DNA from: Oligoflexales bacterium
Lineage (GTDB): Bacteria > Bdellovibrionota_B > Oligoflexia > Oligoflexales > CAIYRB01
Assembly: GCA_041736175.1 (NCBI GenBank)
Contig: JBGSUI010000212.1
Location: forward strand, 1-11,315
Direction of reading: 5' to 3'
Length of the DNA: 11,315 nt
The stretch's first letter is position 1, and every line of letters begins with the position of its first letter. The position numbers and the translations under genes are program-made. Under the pieces are notes generated by a model. That model searched no databases, was not told the origin of the DNA, and worked only from the letters and a program-made list of their open reading frames with translations. Below are positions 7,448 to 11,315 of the stretch, one piece after another.

Positions 7448-8959
7448 ATGACGCGTCAAAGCCTTTGTTTCCATCTAGGGCTCCTCTTAGGGGCTAGTGT
7501 CCTCGCTAACGGATCAGCGCTTGCCAATAGCCAGGAGTCTTCGGCAGAAACAAGCTGCCTTCAGGCCCAAGAACTGATCGGAGGCTACGATCACGACGTC
7601 CTGACCCAAAAATCTTCACTTACAGTCCATCAAAATTTACCTGATTTTATCAAAAGCAAACCACAGATTCGCGGCGGAAGACTTTCCATCCAAGTCTACA
7701 ACCCCACGATCGAACAAGCCCAATCCGAGTATTCCCAGCTCTGGTGCAAACTCAAGAGTGCTGCGGATATAGCACGTAACGAGTCGTCATTAGGGCTTCC
7801 GTCCCTTGGAGAGCGTAAGAATTGCGACCGCATCAACAAAGTCTTTTTCGAAGACCTCCTCGCCTTGCATCCAGACCTATTGACCGCCTATAACGACAGC
7901 GGTTACCAAATCATCTTTAGTAACAAATCTTATTATACTGGCGCCCAGTGGGCTCCCTCCGTTCCCACGATTAGCCTTACGGGAGCTAAACAGATCACTG
8001 TTACCACAACAAGCCTTGAAAGCATTCCTGGAATTCCAGTCATTGGGGGGATGAATTATTGTAAGTTTGTAGCTCCTCAGGGCTTAGGCCAATTGGTCCT
8101 AGACCTTTCTAAAGATGATCAAAGCGATTTTTCTAAAATCAAACTTAACGCTACCGCGGCTGAAATGCAAATTGCGGGTCCAGACGTCTCGTTTCATTCG
8201 GTGTCTCTACCGCCTGACTTTAACGGACTCCTCCCCCGCAAAGCTGATCTCTACTGGCCAAAGGCACCTGCTCAAGGTGTTTACATCCTGAGCCCTGGCG
8301 GCTCCGTAGCCCCTTTACATATGCGCAGTTTGGCCCGCCAGATCGCGGAGCAGGGCCACGGAGTCTTTGTGGTCCACTATCCGTTAGATTTAGCGCTGCT
8401 AGAAAAACTTGCTTTACAAAAAAACACGGCTTATCTTTTTGCTAACCTCCTTAATGACCAAAACCTCGATTTTTTCGAAGGTCTTCCCCAATCCATCAAG
8501 ACAGAACTCCATTCCCAAAAGCTCCCCTTGCGCCTCTTTGGTCATAGCCTTGGGGGAGCTATCGTTGGAGACTCCATTTTTGGAGACAATTCACCCTTTG
8601 ACCAAATCATCATTTACGGCACGTCTTCTTTTGTCCAATCAAACAAAAGCACCCAAGTAGGTGTATCAGACCTCCAAGTCATTTTTGGCGCTAACGATGG
8701 CCTCAGCTTTGCTGATCCCGCAGATCGGGAGAGCTTTGCTCAAAAATATGGATTTACCGAGCGGGTCTCTGCCACAGAAAGCCGCATCCCTGGCCAAATC
8801 CACGGCCTTCATGTCCTTCCTGACCTAAACCACTTTTGTATTGTCAACGAGATGACAAGCGGCAACAGCCTCTTTAAAGCCAGAGACCTTCCCGGTCTTG
8901 CTCCCTCTGTTTGTATTCCAAAACTCGTGAGTCTATTAAAAGATAAAAACTGGCTTTAA
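7448..8959 (+). CDS. Secreted protein: signal peptide, uncharacterised Cys-containing N-terminal domain, C-terminal alpha/beta hydrolase
   Basis: ATG 7448 with a GGAG SD (preferred to 7415). Signal peptide MTRQSLCFHLGLLLGASVLANGSALA. ILSPGG oxyanion loop, GHSLGG nucleophile elbow (8540-8557), candidate Asp in GANDG and His in LNHF. Confidence 0.75.
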   Translation: MTRQSLCFHLGLLLGASVLANGSALANSQESSAETSCLQAQELIGGYDHDVLTQKSSLTVHQNLPDFIKSKPQIRGGRLSIQVYNPTIEQAQSEYSQLWCKLKSAADIARNESSLGLPSLGERKNCDRINKVFFEDLLALHPDLLTAYNDSGYQIIFSNKSYYTGAQWAPSVPTISLTGAKQITVTTTSLESIPGIPVIGGMNYCKFVAPQGLGQLVLDLSKDDQSDFSKIKLNATAAEMQIAGPDVSFHSVSLPPDFNGLLPRKADLYWPKAPAQGVYILSPGGSVAPLHMRSLARQIAEQGHGVFVVHYPLDLALLEKLALQKNTAYLFANLLNDQNLDFFEGLPQSIKTELHSQKLPLRLFGHSLGGAIVGDSIFGDNSPFDQIIIYGTSSFVQSNKSTQVGVSDLQVIFGANDGLSFADPADRESFAQKYGFTERVSATESRIPGQIHGLHVLPDLNHFCIVNEMTSGNSLFKARDLPGLAPSVCIPKLVSLLKDKNWL

Positions 8960-9056
8960 TTGGCGCAATTTTAGCCTCATCTTGAAGTGACGTGGACATT
9001 TTGATACCCTAGACCTTGGTGTGTCCCACACCCTTGGGAGCAAAACGAGGTATCAA

Positions 9057-9488
9057 ATGTCCCGCCAGCCAAAGCCACTCACTAAGGAAGCGCAAAACTC
9101 CTTGGTTGATTACTGGACTCTAGGTTCTCAACAAGATCTAGAATCCTGTGAGGCAATCTTTCTTCAGGCTAAACGCTACGGAGCGGCTCTCTTTTTTTTA
9201 CACCTATCGATTGAAAAAATTCTCAAAGCTTTATATGTCGTAAAAGCAAACCAACATGCCCCCCTGACTCACAATCTCCTTTATCTCGCGGAAGCGGCTG
9301 GTTTGGAGTGTGCAGGAGATATCGAGTTAACTCTGGCAACGATTAACGAGTTTAATATGGTAACGAGATATCCATCACAGAAATCTGATTTTTATGCGAC
9401 AGCGACCTTCGCATTTGCAAAATCCCATATCGAGCGTGGTAAGGAGATTTATCAATGGATCAACCAGACTTTGCAGCAATCGCGGTAA
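9057..9488 (+). CDS. HEPN domain protein
   Basis: 143 aa from ATG 9057 (GAGG SD 9047-9050). ALFFLHLSIEKILKA, PLTHNL and TRYP match the COG2250-type HEPN pattern. Paired with an MNT gene. Confidence 0.88.
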   Translation: MSRQPKPLTKEAQNSLVDYWTLGSQQDLESCEAIFLQAKRYGAALFFLHLSIEKILKALYVVKANQHAPLTHNLLYLAEAAGLECAGDIELTLATINEFNMVTRYPSQKSDFYATATFAFAKSHIERGKEIYQWINQTLQQSR

Positions 9489-9775
9489 CTCTCTATCACA
9501 GTCTGCTAGCAGAGGGGGTCACGGTAGACGGCGTGATCCTGTTTGGATCCTACGCACGCAAAGAAGCTAAACCAGAAAGCGACATCGACCTAGCCATCTT
9601 ATCCCGACATTTTGGTGGCAATAGAATTCGCGAAGGAGCCCTAGTCAACCTTCACGCCCATCGAGCCCATCCAAAAGCTGAAGCTATTCCCATTTCTCTT
9701 GGGGAGTGGTTTGGCCGCGAATTTGTATCTCCAGTGGTCCATGAAATAAAAAGAGAGGGGATTTTTATTATCTGA
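9455..9775 (+). CDS. Minimal nucleotidyltransferase (MNT)
   Basis: 106 aa. ILFGSYARKEAKPESDIDL is an exact GS-x10-DxD motif; C-terminal EIKREG. AAGGAG SD; overlaps the HEPN gene by 34 nt. Confidence 0.9.
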   Translation: MDQPDFAAIAVTLYHSLLAEGVTVDGVILFGSYARKEAKPESDIDLAILSRHFGGNRIREGALVNLHAHRAHPKAEAIPISLGEWFGREFVSPVVHEIKREGIFII

Positions 9776-10197
9776 TCGCTGATCCTCTAATAAGGTCAAG
9801 GCTGACTGCTTGCCAATCGTTGGGCCCGACCTTGATTAATTCTTTAAAATTGGATAGTTAAATTTAAAATCCACAATTTGGCGTTTTGGGTGGGGCTGGC
9901 GGTAGCCAAGGATTCCGGGCGGCTGCCTAGCACCAATCAAGAGCTAAGGAACTGAACCATATGTTCGTTTCATGTCGATAGCCTTGCCACCAACTAATGT
10001 TAAGACTAAACGACCAATTCCGGGCTCAGATGGTCAAATGATGTCAAATCTTGGGCGAACTTGTAACTGCGATCAGTGCCACTGCCTGCATCAGGGCCTG
10101 AATTAATTCCATTTTTATTCGCGTTCCCTTTACAAAATATAACACACAGATATTAATGCTAAATTGTATTCCTTTTAATTCCTGGTTCATGTCCGAT

Positions 10198-10240
10198 TTG
10201 ACAGTTGAATCACCTTTAGAATATATTCTGAATTAATTCC
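10198..10240 (+). promoter_or_regulatory. Putative sigma70 promoter of the Fic gene with overlapping palindromes
   Basis: TTGACA (10198-10203), 18 nt, TATATT (10222-10227). Palindromes AGAATATATTCT (10218-10229) and GAATTAATTC (10230-10239). Confidence 0.5.
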
Positions 10241-10259
10241 TGTGAGCGGAGGAATCATC

Positions 10260-11179
10260 GTGCACCCACTCATCTCACTTAAGTCTCTTAGTGACCATGA
10301 AAAAGACATTGTCGGACTACTGTCGCGTTCGGGTAAGCCTATGTCGCAGGTCGCCTTGCGCGAGAAAATGCGTGATACTCCGAGCCAGCCGGTGGTTTCG
10401 CGGATCATGAGCCGCCTAATCGCGCTAGGCATCATCGAGAAACTCGGCGAAACTCGCGGTGCTCGTTTTGTTCTAACCTCCGCGGCTGCGTGGTTCAGCT
10501 TGCCTCCTCAGCTTCGGCCACGAGTCGATTATGATCCACGCCGCATTGGCGACTACAGTGGCTGCCAGAATCTGCATTGGCCCGTTTTGATGCTGCAGCG
10601 TTAGGAGTAGCGCACCAACTCGACGCTTCGACCTACAGTCGTCAGATCGCCGAACGCTTTCTGATTGACCTCACTTGGGCATCCTCAATGCTTGAAGGTA
10701 ATACGTACAACTACCTGGATACCGAAGTTCTGGTAAAATACGGAGAATTGGCAGCCGGTCACGAACTGGTAGAAGCGACGATGATCCTTAATCACAAGCA
10801 CGTGATCGTGACTCTATTGGAAAACGTGGGTCAGTTCCAGCTCGAGCCGCGCTACGCTGCTCGCGTTCATGCCATGCTGATGCGTGACTTGATCGCGCCA
10901 GAAGATCTCGGCAGGATTCGCGCTCATGACGTACGAATCACCTCGTCAAGCTATAAACCGAGTAATGATCCCAGCCAGCTGTCAGCTGATTTGAGCTCGC
11001 TCCTTTGGAAGGCCGAACAAACAACGAATCCATTTGAAGCGGGTTTTTTACTGCTTGCTGGACTCTCCTATCTACAGGCGTTTGCCGATGGAAACAAACG
11101 CATGGGACGTATTTTTGCAAACGTCCCTTTGCTAACCCAGGGTAAACCCCCTCTATCTTTTGTAGGCATCGATCGGTGA
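10260..11179 (+). pseudogene. wHTH-Fic family protein, frameshifted near 10556 and truncated by IS insertion at 11176
   Basis: GTG 10260 with GGAGG SD (10248-10252). N-terminal winged HTH (SQPVVSRIMSRLIALGIIEKLGETRGARF). Continues in the -1 frame with SSMLEGN, MILNHK and the Fic motif variant QAFADGNKRMGR. The stop TGA at 11177-11179 is supplied by the IS end. Confidence 0.85.
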
Positions 11180-11315
11180 ACTACCAGCACCCCTAAAGGG
11201 GTGCGGCTTCCAAGGTCAAGCAGCTTTCGCTGCTTTCCTTTTCTTTTTTGACGCTTCTACCACAGGTGCGCAGGTCGCTATCGCTTCCTGCGGCTTATGT
11301 TTGGCTCCACGTCCA
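11176..11315 (-). mobile_element. Right end of an IS200/IS605-family (TnpB-type) element, continuing beyond the window
   Basis: Minus strand reads GAAG-CC-GCACCCC-TTTA-GGGGTGC-TGGTAGT-TCAC: subterminal hairpin (11187-11204), guide tetranucleotide GAAG (11210-11207) and terminal TCAC (11179-11176). It coincides exactly with the abrupt end of the Fic reading frame. Confidence 0.85.
11216..11314 (-). CDS. Probable C-terminal tail of RNA-guided nuclease TnpB (partial)
   Basis: Open frame from the window edge: GRGAKHKPQEAIATCAPVVEASKKKRKAAKAA-stop, ending 40 nt before the IS right end. A basic, low-complexity tail in this position is typical of TnpB. No RuvC or Zn-finger motif is visible in the window. 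Confidence 0.6.
   Translation of the reverse strand, partial: GRGAKHKPQEAIATCAPVVEASKKKRKAAKAA

Larger units (their letters stand above)
11156..11315 (-). ncRNA. Putative TnpB omegaRNA/reRNA (scaffold partial; guide in the flanking Fic sequence)
   Basis: Stacked minus-strand hairpins: CGCAGG/CCTGCG (11292-11269), AAGCAGC-GAAA-GCTGCTT with a GNRA loop (11235-11218), and the right-end hairpin. They overlap the ORF 3' end, as known for TnpB reRNAs. Boundaries are approximate. Confidence 0.55.

Noticed and set aside
10543..10581. 8-bp direct repeat GCATTGGC (10543-10550 and 10574-10581) flanking the Fic frameshift, as an excisable insert or programmed frameshift
   Set aside because: Removing the 31 nt between the copies leads to CCG TTT TGA rather than the Fic frame, and no slippery heptamer is present.
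11176..11315. Reading the element as a plus-strand IscB-type omegaRNA 5' end, or as a simple terminator of Fic
   Set aside because: The minus strand carries an ORF tail and a GNRA-loop hairpin that fit the TnpB layout. Fic is cut shortly after its active-site motif exactly at the TCAC boundary. IscB is not fully excluded without flanking sequence.
1..11315. CRISPR array, rRNA, retron or riboswitch
   Set aside because: I saw no regularly spaced repeats, reverse transcriptase, cas genes or recognisable aptamer consensus.

Overview
Bacterial chromosomal window running from housekeeping genes into an accessory, decaying right end. On the minus strand is a translationally coupled operon: era, a SAM-dependent methyltransferase, and a D-2-hydroxyacid (phosphoglycerate-type) dehydrogenase. 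Divergently on the plus strand are tRNA-Ser(GCT), a Fur-box-preceded feoAB pair, an AlkC-type DNA glycosylase, a secreted two-domain alpha/beta hydrolase, a HEPN-MNT toxin-antitoxin-like pair, and a wHTH-Fic gene. The Fic gene is broken twice: by a frameshift near 10556 and by insertion of an IS200/IS605-family element at 11176. That element is missing from the ORF track. It shows a right-end hairpin, a GAAG/TCAC guide-cleavage pair, the probable C-terminal tail of TnpB, and an omegaRNA-like scaffold whose guide would be taken from the Fic gene. The left edge holds the start of a minus-strand, possibly transposase, gene and a 640-nt non-coding gap with a (TG)9-G15 tract. All family calls come from motif recognition by eye; no searches were run.
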